Origin: Octopus vulgaris
Taxonomy: Eukaryota
DNA: 64,000 nucleotides
Reading direction: 5' to 3'
NCBI GenBank assembly: GCA_951406725.2
Contig: OX597821.1
Coordinates: forward strand, 109,492,001-109,556,000
Shown here: positions 39,892 to 52,715 of the stretch, in pieces
Position numbering within the stretch: the first letter of the stretch is position 1
Layout: each line of letters begins with the position of its first letter
The notes under the pieces: model-generated
Databases searched by the model: none
The model's input: only the letters and a program-made list of their open reading frames with translations
Told to the model about the DNA's origin: nothing
Translations under genes and position numbers: made by a program

Positions 39892-40070
39892 AGGACAGAG
39901 ACAGAGATAGAGTTACATAGAGCGAAGGATAAATAGACAGACAGAGACCGAGAGACGGAGAGAGAGAGAGAGTTAAAGAGAGCGCGGGATAAATGGACAG
40001 ACAGAAACACGGAGAAAGAGACACACAGACAGACAGGCAGATAGACAGAGGAAGGGAGAGAAAGAGAAAG
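39630..40070. repeat. (GACA)n/(GA)n compound microsatellite
   Basis: Directly visible. Confidence 0.9.
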
Positions 40071-40544
40071 GGGGTAGGGTTGGCTTAGTATTCGGTCATG
40101 TTGACACTAGTATTTGACTGTTATTTTGTTTTATCGACCCCCTGGAAGGATGAAAAGAAAAATTGACCTCTGTGGAATTTGAACTTAGAGCCTGGAGAGT
40201 TATTTTGAAATACCGCGACGCCAGGTATTTTTCTCCGTTGCTCTACCAATTTTTGATTACCAGACAACAATTTTGTGAATTTTTTCTTTGTCGTTAGTTT
40301 TTTTTGTTTTCAGTCATTGGGCTATGGTCATGCTGGGAGATGAGAACAAACATATACTAAAGGCCGAATGATTTGAGCCCAGGGTTTATTTTCTGAGTTT
40401 GGTACTTGGTCTAATGGCCTATTTGCTTAAAAACCGTAAATGTTACGAGATCGGAAAGAGACCTCCAAAGTTTGTCAAACAAACGGGAAGCAAACACAAA
40501 GGCAGACACACATAAATACATACATATATGGGGGCCTGGCCTGG

Positions 40545-40855
40545 CTTTGCATTCCGTTGGTCATGACGACGTGTATTTCGGTTGATCCTATCAACGGAAC
40601 AGCCTGCTCGTAAAATTAATTTCCAAGTAGCTGAGTACACCACAGACACGCGTAACTTTAACGTACGTCTCAGGAAGACGCAGCTTGACAAGATTGACCC
40701 TTCGATTTACAAGTACAACTCAGTCATTTGGTAACTGAATGAAATGGAGCGAGGTGAAATTAAATGTCTTGTTAAAGACAGCATGTGGCGCTGGGAATCG
40801 AACTGACGACTTTACGATCGTAAGCCGGATGCACTAAACATTCAGCCACGCGCTT
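40545..40855 (-). mobile_element. Diverged SINE family B relative
   Basis: ggttgatcctatcaacggaacagcctgctcgtaaaattaa...gggaatcgaac...cattcagccacgcgc. Confidence 0.65.
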
Positions 40856-40879
40856 AGACACACATACACACACATATAT

Positions 40880-41238
40880 TCTTTTACTTGTCTCAGTCAT
40901 ATGACTGCGGCCAAGCTGGAGCACAGCCTTTAGTCTAGCAAATCCACCCCAGGACTTATTCCTTGTAAGCCTAGTACTTATTCTATCGGCCTCTTTTGCT
41001 GAACCGCTAAGTTACGGGGGGAGTAGCAAACACAGACACACGAATACACACGCGCGCGCGCATATATACATATATACACGACGAGCTTCTTTCAGTTTCC
41101 GTTTACCAAATCCACTCACAGGGCTTTGGTTGGCCTGAGGTTATTGTAGAAGACACTTGCCCAAGTTGCTATGCAGTGGGACTGAACTCGGAACCATGTG
41201 GTTGGTAAGCAAGCTACTTACCACACAGCCACTCCTGC
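40880..41238 (-). mobile_element. SINE family A
   Basis: Reverse complement of family A with an internal deletion. Confidence 0.88.
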
Positions 41239-41243
41239 ATCTA

Positions 41244-41289
<46 letters not shown>

Positions 41290-41859
41290 GAGAGAGAGAG
41301 AGAAAGAGAGAGATGCATGTATGTATGTATGTATGAGAGAGAGATAATATACGGCGAGCTTTCACACAATTTTCACCTAACAGATTCATTCAAGACTCTG
41401 GTCAGCCCGGTGTTATATTAGAAACCACTTGCGCCTCCGCGTGCACGTGCTAGAGTGATTAGTGAGAGAAAAGAATGAAATGATGGAACGTGATGAAGAA
41501 CAGGGTCACTTGAATCATGTGAGACTGAGGGGTTTTGCCAAATCTAGTTCACTGCGTATCGTAGGTAGTAAACGAGTGGGAAAAGCGCTGCATTGTGAGG
41601 TCCCTTTGGTCTGTGAAATACTGTTTCTTCGATCTATATTTCAAGTGCCGGTGCCACGATAACAGCACCTACTGTATTGGTTGACGATAGGAAGGGTGTC
41701 TGACCGCAGTACTTCACTGCTTCTTTATTTTATTGACGTCGTTGGGATGAAGCGCCAAGTTGAGCTCGAGATTTGAACACAAATCGTAAAGGGCCGCCTG
41801 ACGTAAAGGGCGTAAAGGGCCGCCTGACGATTCTGCTGATGCACCTCCTTCATCTAGAC

Positions 41860-42097
41860 CAGCGCTGCTTACACTATGAGTCGCGAAGCGATATGCTGGG
41901 GTCGCGAAGCGAAATGCTGGGGTCACGAAGCGAAATGCTGGGGTCGCGAAGCGAAAATGCTGGGGTCGTGAAAATTATATTCAAATACTTCAATTTCAGT
42001 TTTATGTTATTTCACAAACGCATATTTGATATCTGGGGTCTCGAAAAATTTCTTGTTGGAAAATGGGGTCATGAATGAAAAATTGATTAAGACCCCT
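41860..42097. mobile_element. hAT-like MITE with ~20-bp tandem ggggtcgcgaagcgaaatgct repeats
   Basis: CAG...CTG ends (cagcgctgcttacac / gattaagacccctg) and recurrent GGGGTCGCGA subterminal motifs. Confidence 0.55.
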
Positions 42098-42129
42098 GAT
42101 ACGCTTTTCAGTATATAGGCACTGAAATG

Positions 42130-42560
42130 CTCTTCAAAATACAGGCGGAAAGACTGAATTTCTGTGGGATGCGGTCCGACCTCATAGAAGAAGTTGAAGG
42201 GTTAGAAATAACGTTCACCAATTAAATAATTTCGGTTGAAAGCCTTAATTATTGGGAACGTCTGAAAGCTTTGCGCCTCTACTCCCTTGAACACCGAAAC
42301 GAGAAATATATAATCATATACGCATGAAAAATCCTGGAGAGTAATGTTCCAAACTTCGACATTAAAGAGAATTTTAATGCACGAACGGGTAGATAGTGTT
42401 TGCTTTCAGATATGCTGTCTTCGAAATTACGTGCAGAAACACAATTGCACTAGTTTGATATTTAGAGGTCTTCAACTGTTTAACTGCCTACCTAGAGAAA
42501 TAATAAAAAAAATATGGAAGGAACCTCTACTGAAACATTTAAAATAACATTGGATAACAT
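42130..42560 (+). pseudogene. CR1/L2-like LINE C-terminal fragment
   Basis: SLNYWERLKALRLYSLEHRNEKYIIIYA*KILESNVPNF...RGLQLFNCLPREI; interrupted by SINE A. Confidence 0.7.
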
Positions 42561-42732
42561 AGGCGCAGGAGTGGCTGTGTGGTAAGTAGCTTGCTAACCA
42601 ATCACATGGTTCCGGGTTCAGTCCCACTGCGTGGCATCTTGGGCAAGTGTCTTCTGCTATAGCCCTGGGCCGACCAATGCCTTGTGAGTGGATTTGGTAG
42701 ACGGAAACTGAAAGAAGCCTGTCGTATATATG

Positions 42733-42765
<33 letters not shown>

Positions 42766-42977
42766 TTGTTTGTCTGTGTTTGTCCCCCTAGCATTGCTTG
42801 ACAACCGATGCTGGTGTGTTTAGGTCTCCGTCACTTAGCGGTTCGGCAAAAGAGACCGATAGAATAAGTACTGGACTTACAAAGAATAAGTCCCGGGGTC
42901 GATTTGCTCGACTAAAGGCGGTGCTCCAGCATGGCCGCAGTCAAATGACTGAAACAAGTAAAAGAGTAAAAGAGTAA
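42561..42977 (+). mobile_element. SINE family A, full length
   Basis: aggcgcaggagtggctgtgtggtaagtagc (A-box)...ggttcagtccc (B-box)...cttgggcaagtgtc (CORE-like)...(gtaaaaga)n tail. Confidence 0.92.
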
Positions 42978-43413
42978 ACTAACGACGAGTCCAAACTAAC
43001 CACTATTCAAGAATTCACTGAAGGAAGACCAACTTCAACGACGTCCAAGAATTTGGACCTGAAGATCTCCATTTCCAGCGACTTCGAGGGCCACCTCCCC
43101 ACAATGGTGTCGGGCGTCAACCAAGAGCCCTCGACTACAACAAGACGACCAAAGTTTTTTTCCTTTTTTTTTTTCCAAGGTCTAGGGTCTCCCGCCCCTA
43201 AGCCCTAGACCATCACCTAATCACCCTTACTCGTTTTGTTGCTTAACAACAACTACAACAACCTGCTGCAACAAATTCAATCATAGACCAACTTCCAGCC
43301 ATAAAGCGATAACAAAACTGATAGAAAATAAATCAAGTCAGTGCTCCAGCATGGCTGGACTCCTACGACTAAAACCATTAAATGGATAAAAGGGTAAAAG
43401 AAAAGAATATATA

Positions 43414-43791
43414 TCTATATATAAACGGCAGTTTGTCTGTGCGTGTTTCTGTGTGTCTGTTTGCTTGTACCCTCACCCTGACCACGGCTTTCAACCGATT
43501 CTGATGAAACTTGACACACACATAGCCCAATGTCATAATTCAAAACTAACGCAGCGAAAATTTTGAAAAGTTCCCCCAGTTCTGAAAAAAATCGATAAAT
43601 TCGACATGGGGTCGAGAATCAGAAACACAAACCACAAACTGTCTAGGGGACGCAACTCCACCTTTTTAACTCTCAAAAAAATTTACCATCATTTTTTTCC
43701 ATTTTTTTGCTATTTTTTGGCCATAACTCTCTAAAAATGCTTTATAGTTATTTCCCTTACAAACCTGAGCAACGCCGGGCGATACTGCTAG
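43414..43791 (+). mobile_element. Non-autonomous Helitron
   Basis: A|TCTATATATAAA...cctgagcaacgccgggcgatactgCTAG|T, i.e. canonical TC/CTAG ends in an A|T site. Confidence 0.8.
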
Positions 43792-44293
43792 TATATATAT
43801 ATATATATATATTCGTTATGCATCTGTTTTCATTAGATTTCAATGTGTTTCTACTCAATTTCCTTTTTCAATACTTTTTTCTCGGATTCATTTTTTAAAA
43901 AAAAAAAGTGTTTTAAATTTATTTTATTTTTATTTTCTACTTACAAATAAACGATGTTTAAATAATTCCCTTTAAGATCTGTTTGAATTATGTTTGTAGT
44001 ATTGACAAACTTGTCTCATTTAAGTTGACTTTTTTTAGATCTCTTTCAATGTTCACTTGGGTACTACGGAGTACGGCCTCTCATTCACTCACTCCCTCTC
44101 TCTCTCTCTACCTCTCTTCTGTTTATTTAAAACAAATGTGTGTGCGCACGTATGTGTGTGTATGTGTGTCTCTGGCTTTTCGTTTAATGCTGTTGAATAA
44201 ACACTTCAAAGGCCAGTTAAGTTCATTGTCAACATGTAAAATACTGCCGAGCGATCAATAAGTCAGTCGCATCAATCATACACACGTACTCAC

Positions 44294-44337
<44 letters not shown>

Positions 44338-44615
44338 ACACACGCATCACTATTAACCTATGTATCTATCTATATGTGTATCTGTATGTGTGTGCCTGCG
44401 CGTATTTACCTCTCTATCATTCTCTCTCTCTCTCTTACTCTCTCTAATCTATTTTGTGTAGGTCGAAGTCCCTTTCGTTAATGGAAATATGGTAGGACAA
44501 TTGTCATATCTGACGATGCTTGCTGAGTCAGAAACGCGTGTCCAGAACATTCCTTTTATCTCTGGTCAATAAGCTACACTTTTCCTTAATGGCAGGTCAG
44601 CTTTGGAGAAAATTC

Positions 44616-45009
44616 GGATCTTTTCGGTTTGAACGGCAGTTTTTTCTAGCGGTGTCATATGAAATTGTCACCCATAATTATGACCCTAGTATCGATCTAT
44701 TGCATTTCAATTTATTTTAGGGTTAGGGTTAGGGTTAGGGGTGGGGGGAAGGGTATATTTTTTCTTCAGAAATGTAAATAAACCCAATCTGTTACGTAAA
44801 CGAGAGACATATTCATACGGCACATAATTATTTTTTACCTCAATAGACGTCAGTGATTGGCTGAAATTGCAGAAATTGAAGAAAAAAACCCAACAAATAT
44901 CTTATAAACTATAGAATTTTCTCAATAAAGCCAAGAGAAAAAGATGTTTTATAAACACATTCTACCAGTATACGAAGTTAAAAACTTGCTGTTCAAACCG
45001 AAAAGATCC
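44616..45009. mobile_element. ~394-bp MITE with ~30-bp TIRs and internal TTAGGG repeats
   Basis: ggatcttttcggtttgaacggcagttttt ... aaaaacttgctgttcaaaccgaaaagatcc; (TTAGGG)x4 at ~44717-44740. Confidence 0.8.
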
Positions 45010-45187
45010 CTCCAAGGTTGTTGACCCGGATCTCTTGACTGGAGGACATCCAGCCTCGTTTTGGAGACATCTTTAACAACATCATTTTTGTCTCTCAGAC
45101 TATTAGGTAGGACACTGAAGTGTTATGGACAATTGAAATCCAAGTCGTGACAGTATCCAGTGCTGTATCATGATGGATATATCATAT

Positions 45188-45229
<42 letters not shown>

Positions 45230-45258
45230 CGAGAAAGAAGCAACAAGAATGGATAGGT

Positions 45259-45349
45259 TTTTAGTACAATCGTTTCATACAAGGACAGGCTTTATTAAAA
45301 GTTGCAAAAATTACAGCATATAAACGTGTCCCGTACTCATCAGCTAAAA
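45259..45349 (-). ncRNA. Type I hammerhead ribozyme (left arm of palindrome)
   Basis: Mirror of 46234-46323. Confidence 0.78.
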
Positions 45350-46233
45350 TACATGTGAGTTCTCTAGACATCCTAGTGGTTGAGGCTATACTCATGAAGT
45401 AATGTAGATAATTAAGTAACATAAACAGATTTCCAAAGTTCATTAAAGTTCATTAAAGATGACGTACAGTCTTATCATAGAATTTTAAAAAAGTTTTAAT
45501 AGCATCACAGAGAAGGTGACCTAATCCATAGTGCACATATGAATTTCCAGAGATATGATGAGGGATTACATACTCACAGAAGACAAATGTATCCATTGTT
45601 AATTACAACGAGGTGGGTTTCAATTCCTGCTTATTAGCATTATAGAGAGGGTGAATTAATCCTTTGTATAGATGCACAATTTCCAATGGTGTAGATGTAA
45701 ATTTCCAGAGAAATGAAGAGGAATTTCAAATTCACAGGCGATAAGTTTATCAATGGTTGAACACAATGAGGTAGGTATCAATTCTTGTTATATAACAAGA
45801 ATTGATACCTACCTCATTGTGTTCAACCATTGATAAACTTATCGCCTGTGAATTTGAAATTCCTCTTCATTTCTCTGGAAATTTACATCTACACCATTGG
45901 AAATTGTGCATCTATACAAAGGATTAATTCACCCTCTCTATAATGCTAATAAGCAGGAATTGAAACCCACCTCGTTGTAATTAACAATGGATACATTTGT
46001 CTTCTGTGAGTATGCAATCCCTCATCATATCTCTGGAAATTCATATGTGCACTATGGATTAGGTCACCTTCTCTGTGATGCTATTAAAACTTTTTAAAAA
46101 TTCTATGATAAGACTGTACATCATCTTTAATGAACTTTAATGAACTTTGGAAATCTGTTTATGTTACTTAATTATCTACATTACTTCATGAGTATAGCCT
46201 CAACCACTAGGATGTCTAGAGAACTCACATGTA

Positions 46234-46323
46234 TTTTAGCTGATGAGTACGGGACACGTTTATATGCTGTAATTTTGCAACTTTTAATAAAGCCTGTCCT
46301 TGTATGAAACGATTGTACTAAAA
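46234..46323 (+). ncRNA. Type I hammerhead ribozyme, complete core
   Basis: ttttag-CTGATGA-GTACGGGACA...TGTCCTtGTAT-GAAA-C gatt G-TA-ctaaaa; 6-bp stem I, long stem II, minimal stem III. Confidence 0.8.
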
Positions 46324-46471
46324 ACCTATCCATTCTTGTTGCTTCTTTCTCGCTTATAATCACCCCACATTACTGTATTGTTAAATCAGTATAGTTTTCT
46401 TTTGGTGCATCTAAGTTAGGTACCATATTCAAGTTAATTCATTTAAATTAACCTGAATCTTTATTGCTTTT

Positions 46472-46529
<58 letters not shown>

Positions 46530-46929
46530 TGCTGTTCAAACCGAAAAGATCCGAAAATTCTTCAATCTCAAGACTGTTTCCTCTTCTCACATGGGTCTCG
46601 TCATAATTTTCATCTGGTAACTATGAAACATCCTCCAGAAGCGGTGTTAATTATTGTTAAAATTAAAAGAAATTGAGTCAAGACTATATGTGGTAGCTTG
46701 ATCCGATGAAAGTGGCAGTGTGGCAGTCAGATCTCCACCCCATCTCCCCCTCTCTGTCTCTCCCTCTTTCTCCCCCCCCCTCTCTCTCTCTCTGCATGCA
46801 TATATGGGTATAGGACACCATATATATATATATGTATATATATATATTCTTTTATTCTTCTGTTTCAGCCTTGGGGCTGCGGCCATGCTGGGACACCATA
46901 TACTATAATATATTATATATTATATTTAT

Positions 46930-47112
46930 AAGCGCAGGAGTGACTGCGTGGTAAGAACCTTGCTTCCCAACTACATGGTTCCGGGTTCAGTCCCACTGCA
47001 TGGCACCTTGGGTTAGTGTCTTCAGCTAAAGCCTTGTGAGTGGATTTGATAGACGGAAACTGAAAGAAATCCGTCGTATATATATATATATGTCTATGTG
47101 TGTGAGAGAGTA

Positions 47113-47154
<42 letters not shown>

Positions 47155-47348
47155 TTTGTTTCCCCCATCAGCACTTGAGTACTGGTGTTGGTGTGTTTAC
47201 GTCCCCGTAGTCTAGCGGTTCGGCAAGAGAGACCAATAGAATAAGTACCAAGCTTACAAAATAAGAACTGGGGGTCGATTCATTCGACTTTAAATTCAAA
47301 GTGGTGCTCCAGCATGGCCGCAGTCTAATGAGTGAAACCAGTAAAAGA
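46930..47348 (+). mobile_element. SINE family A
   Basis: Full-length diverged copy. Confidence 0.85.
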
Positions 47349-47540
47349 TATATATATATATATATATATATGGCGATATATATATATATATATATGGCGG
47401 TGTACGTACACTTTGTTCTCTGATATATATATGTATATATATATATATTCTTTTTTTTATTTCAAAATGTAACCCCATGTGAATCGTTGGCGATTTTTCC
47501 CCTCCGACCTCCTTTTCTCTTGGACTTTCCTCCGTCTCCT

Positions 47541-47576
47541 GTTTCTGAAAAAGAGCTTTTGCTCGAAACATAAAAC
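47541..47576 (+). ncRNA. Degenerate minimal hammerhead motif
   Basis: gttt-CTGAAAA-A-GAGC tttt GCTC-GAAA-CA-TA-aaac; G8 mutated. Confidence 0.5.
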
Positions 47577-47715
47577 CACCTTTCTTGCCTTCTCTGAGCG
47601 TCTGCTAACACTTTACATGTGCCACGTCTTCGCGTTGTTGTTTTTTTTTCTTGTGTTTGGTCTTCGTTTTTGTTTTAGGGGGATTTACTATATGTATATG
47701 TGTATATATATATCG

Positions 47716-47756
<41 letters not shown>

Positions 47757-49127
47757 AAGAGAGATAGGGAGAGAGAGAGAGGGGGAGAGATAGAAGGGGA
47801 GAGAGAGAGGGAGAGAGAGAAAGAGAGATAGAAGGGGAGAGAGAGAGAATCAGACAGACAGACAGACAGACAGACAGAGGGGGAAGGGAATCGATTTTGC
47901 TCTTTACCTATTATCTGGAACAAAATAAGGGATGCTTCTAAGAAAAAACAAACGATTGTTCTCTTCTCGAAAATACATGACTTTATTCTTATTCTTATGT
48001 TTGAAAGCAACAATTAATTCTTTACTGGAAATCATGATAAATTTTCTTGCTTTATTTTATATATTTATCATAAAATACACGAAGTGAAATAAATTATTCC
48101 ACCATCTGTAATTCAGAACAATTTTAACGTTTCGGACAAAACCCTTCTCGTAAAATTTACACTGATAAAATTTCTATTCAAAACTTAAAGATGTTTCTTC
48201 CTGTTCCTCAAGGCAAATCATTTTATGCCCCATTTTGAAAACTTTTCACACTTAATATTCTCTGACTCAGACAGTCGCTGTTTTTCCTAAGACTGCCCCG
48301 TTCAGCTATTATATATTTTAAATACTGATTACATTCAAAACGATATTATTTTTCCTTCGAACGAACAGACTTCATTCTTTTATCCAACTGGAAAATGGGA
48401 TTCTACGTTAAGTTTTGTGTCTATCTAAGAAGAATTAACGAAAGGAAATTTCAATTAACCTGGATTTAAATCTGGATCACTAGTTCCTCTCACTCATCAC
48501 AGTTGGGGACATAACCACACAGAATATTTCCTAAATGTATCATTTTCTTTAAACAAAAAAACCCCTGGGATCTCATTTCGATCACAGAAATAGGTTTGCA
48601 TGCAAAACATGCAAAACATTTTTTTTTATTGTCTCTCTTGGAAGTTATTAACGAAAAGATTTTTCGATTAACCTGGAATTGGAGCCGGTTCACCAATTCT
48701 TCTCACTCTTCGCAGTTGGGGTACATACATGACCGCACAGTTTACATTCTAAATTTGTTGTATTCTAAGAAAAAAAATAAGGTTTTTATTTCGATTGGAG
48801 AAAAGGGTGACTGTTTTATATTTTTAGTTAGTCGTAGATATATTACCCGAGCGAGAATCGAAACCAGTTTATCAATTCTCACTTGTCACATAACTGTTGT
48901 GATTACATAAACGCACGAATTGCATAACTGCACAAATTACATAACCGCATAGATTACATGACCAGAAAGGCGCAGGCGTGGCGGTATGGTAAGAAATTTG
49001 CTTCCCAACAACATGGTTCCGGGTTCAACCCACTGCGTGGCACCTCTGACAAGTGTCTACTACTATAAAATAGTAGACTCAAGCTTTGTGGGTAGATTTG
49101 GTAGAGAGAAACTGAAAGAAGCTCGGC

Positions 49128-49178
<51 letters not shown>

Positions 49179-49201
49179 CATACACATACATATACATATA
49201 T

Positions 49202-49358
<157 letters not shown>

Positions 49359-49421
49359 GGAGTAAACACATAAATGTGAAACAAGGTGGAAAAAGAGTAC
49401 TCAAATACCAGTGGTAGAGTA

Positions 49422-49583
49422 ATATGCTTTATTTAAAGCACCAGAAAATTCAACAAAATCTGTTGCTCTGAGTTTCTCCTTGCCGTTCATCAGACAGTTT
49501 TTGCTAGCAAAAACTGTCTGATGAACGGCAAGGAGAAACTCAGAGTAACAGATTTTGTTGAATTTTCTGCTGCTTTAAATAAA

Positions 49584-49589
<6 letters not shown>
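49422..49589. repeat. 168-bp zero-spacer palindrome containing hammerhead-like motifs
   Basis: Centre ttgct|agcaa at 49505/49506; + arm ctgt-CTGATGA-acggcaagga-GAAA-CTcagAG-TA-acag (49514-49551). Confidence 0.9.
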
Positions 49590-49641
<52 letters not shown>

Positions 49642-50658
49642 ATATATATATATATGGGAAGATACGTGAGCACGTTGTTTTGTATATGTTCGTCTCTCTC
49701 TGAACTGTTTGACCTCCATTGTTGGTTTGTGTATATCCCCGTGACTTAAAACGAGAAAAGTGCTGGGTTGATCCGTTCCACTGAAAATCTTTCAAGGCAA
49801 TGTCCCAGCACGGCCGCAGTCCAGTAACCGAAACAAGTGAAAGACGAAAGAGGAAAGCAAACAGATTACTTTCAAATTTTATAATTTTCTGGAAAAATCG
49901 AGGAAAATTCAATTTGTTGAAGAAATAAGATCGTATATTCCTATCTTGTTTCAGAAATTGGACTGCGATAATACTGGGGTACCGCCTTGGTGGGTCTAAT
50001 TGAACAAATCGACCACGGTACTCTTTTTCTGAAATTTGGTACTTGTTCTATCGATGCCATTTGCCGAACTGCTAGGTTACAAACATCTAACAAACCAACA
50101 ATGGTTGTTAAGCACACATAGACACAGACACAGACACACACACAAACACGCACATATATACACATATATTTATATACACATACACACACACACACATATA
50201 TATATACACACATATATCTGCACACACACACATATATACACACACATATATACACACACATATATACACACACATACACATACAAACTGAAAGAAGCCCG
50301 TCATTAGTGTGTGTGTGTGTGTGTCCACCATCGCTTGACAACCGATGTTGGTGTGTTTACGTCCCCGTAACTTAGCGGTTCGGCAAAAGTAACCGAAATC
50401 AACCCTTTATTTGACGAATGGGGTACTCTCTTCTCATTCCGAAGGTATTTTTTGCTGATGTTATTATTTTTATTTATTCAAGACACTGCCTGGGATTGAA
50501 CTCGGAATTGAAATGGAATTAAGATCGCTATATGCCCACGAGCGTATGTCGTAGTGTTTTAGAGCACAGGGTTCTAACCTTAAGATTCCGAGTTCAATTC
50601 TAGACAGTGACTTGAATAAATATTAATAATAATAATAATAACAACAACAGCAACAACA

Positions 50659-50713
<55 letters not shown>

Positions 50714-50949
50714 GATTGTCTTAACTGGTACATCACACGTATTGAGAAGAGCATTGTCGATGTGAGAACTGTTGCTGCTCATGTATTTTAATTTAACTTA
50801 AAAAAAAAAAAATTTTTTTTTTTTTTAAATGAACGAACTATTGAGTTTGGTTTAATGGCCTACCAATGTATACTATGAGTTTCTTTGCCCTAGGAGTCGG
50901 GAAGACACTCGGGAAGAAATGGAAGCAAATTTGAAAGAAGCAAAAAAAA

Positions 50950-51016
<67 letters not shown>

Positions 51017-51026
51017 CAATAGCAAT

Positions 51027-51108
<82 letters not shown>

Positions 51109-51185
51109 TCAGAAAAAATAACTGAAGAATGAGAACAGAGTACCCCATTAGTCAAATAAAGGGTTGGGTTCGAAATTCCACAAGG

Positions 51186-51229
51186 ACACCTGATGAAGGC
51201 ATGAGAGTACAACAGCCGAAACGTTGTGC
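51186..51229 (+). ncRNA. Minimal type I hammerhead ribozyme motif
   Basis: acac-CTGATGA-aGGC...GCC-GAAA-CG-TT-gtgc. Confidence 0.65.
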
Positions 51230-51354
51230 TAACAACAAGCAAGGTGAGGACATCTATCCGTTCATTCTAAATAATGTACTTGCACGTTAATTTCACGGGC
51301 CGTCTGTTCTGTTCAGCGTCTCAACTGACAGAGTCCCAGTTCTTGTCTGTCTGC

Positions 51355-51772
51355 TCTTACTCTTTACTCTTTTACTTGTTTCAGTCTTGTGACTGTGGTC
51401 ATGCTGGAGCACCGCCTTTAGTCGAGCAAATCAACTCCAGGACTTATTCTTTGGGAGACTAGTACTTATTCTATCGGTCTCTTTTGCCGAACTGCTAAGC
51501 TGCGGGGACGTAAACACACCAGCATCGGTTGTCAAGCGATGTTGGAGGGACAAACACAAACACACAAACACGTACACACACATAGATACATATATAAATA
51601 CATATATACGACAGGCTTCTTTCCGTTTCCGTCTACCAAATCCACTCACAACTCTTTGGTCGGCCCGAGGCTATAGTAGAAGACACTTGCCCAAGGTGCC
51701 ACGCAGTAGGACTGAACCCTGAACCATGTGGTTGGTAAGCAAGCTACTTACCACACAGCCACTCTTACGCCT
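51355..51772 (-). mobile_element. SINE family A, full length
   Basis: Reverse complement of 42561-42977. Confidence 0.9.
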
Positions 51773-52144
51773 ATGTCTTAGAAACTTTAGCAAATTAAAA
51801 TTACATGAAATGTAGAATCGAAACGAGTTTCCAAGTTATCCCACCTTGTCCTTTTTGCTCACCTTTCTCACACCTGAGAACATAGCAGTTTATAATCCAA
51901 ACTTCATTCTCCGCTCCAAACGTCATTCGCCTTTTTTTTTTATTATTTATTTTATTGCAGAATCTAAAGCGAATGAAAACAAGCCTGAGCATTAAGTAAA
52001 CAGGGTTACATGGCTTAAGTATCGTCACACCCGTTGGATATGTCCATCATGTGGGTATGTATGTACCCCTACTGACAGGACATGGAATGGGTAGCGAGGG
52101 AAGGGAGAAAGGAAGGTGCTGCAGTATCAGCAGGTGCTTGTTCT

Positions 52145-52715
52145 GGAGGTGATGGTGGTGGTGGTGGTAGAGTGGAGGAAGGACGTGTTATTCTTGTTGT
52201 CGTTGTTGCTGTGGATGATGGCGGTGGCGGTGGTGGTGGTGATGGTGGTGGTAGTGGTGGTGATGGTGGTCGTCGTCGTCATCATTGTCGTTGTCGTAAT
52301 GGTAGTGATGGTGATGGTGGTGGTGGTGGTGGTGGTGGTGAGAGTGGTGACAGCTTTGTTAATGAAGGTGGTTGTAGCGGCGATGATGGTGGTGACGATG
52401 TTGGTAATGCTGGTGTTGGGGAAAGTGGCGATGATAGTAGAGGTGGCGATGTTGGCGGTAACGGTAATGGTGAAGATGGTGATGCTGATGATGGTAGTGG
52501 CGGCGGTGGTGGTGGTGGTGGTGGTGGTGGTGGTGGTGGTGGTGGTGGTAGTGGCGGTAGTGGCGGCAGTGGTGGTGGTGGTGGTGGTGGTGGTGGTGGT
52601 GGTGGTGTTGTTGGTGGTAGTGGTGGTGTGGTGGTGGTGTTGGTGGTGGCTTCGGTGGTGTTGGTGGTGGTGGTGGTGGTGGTGATGACGATGATGGTGG
52701 TGAGACGGTGGTAGT
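52145..52715. repeat. (GGT)n-rich degenerate trinucleotide tract
   Basis: Directly visible; source of the poly-G/V/P/H/T ORFs. Confidence 0.9.

Larger units (their letters stand above)
45224..46358. repeat. 1.13-kb zero-spacer palindrome
   Basis: Centre gttat|ataac at 45791/45792; arms ~567 bp with about 3 substitutions and 1 indel seen by eye. Confidence 0.95.

Noticed and set aside
44717-44740. Chromosome end or telomere fusion
   Set aside because: Only four TTAGGG units, inside a TIR-bounded MITE.
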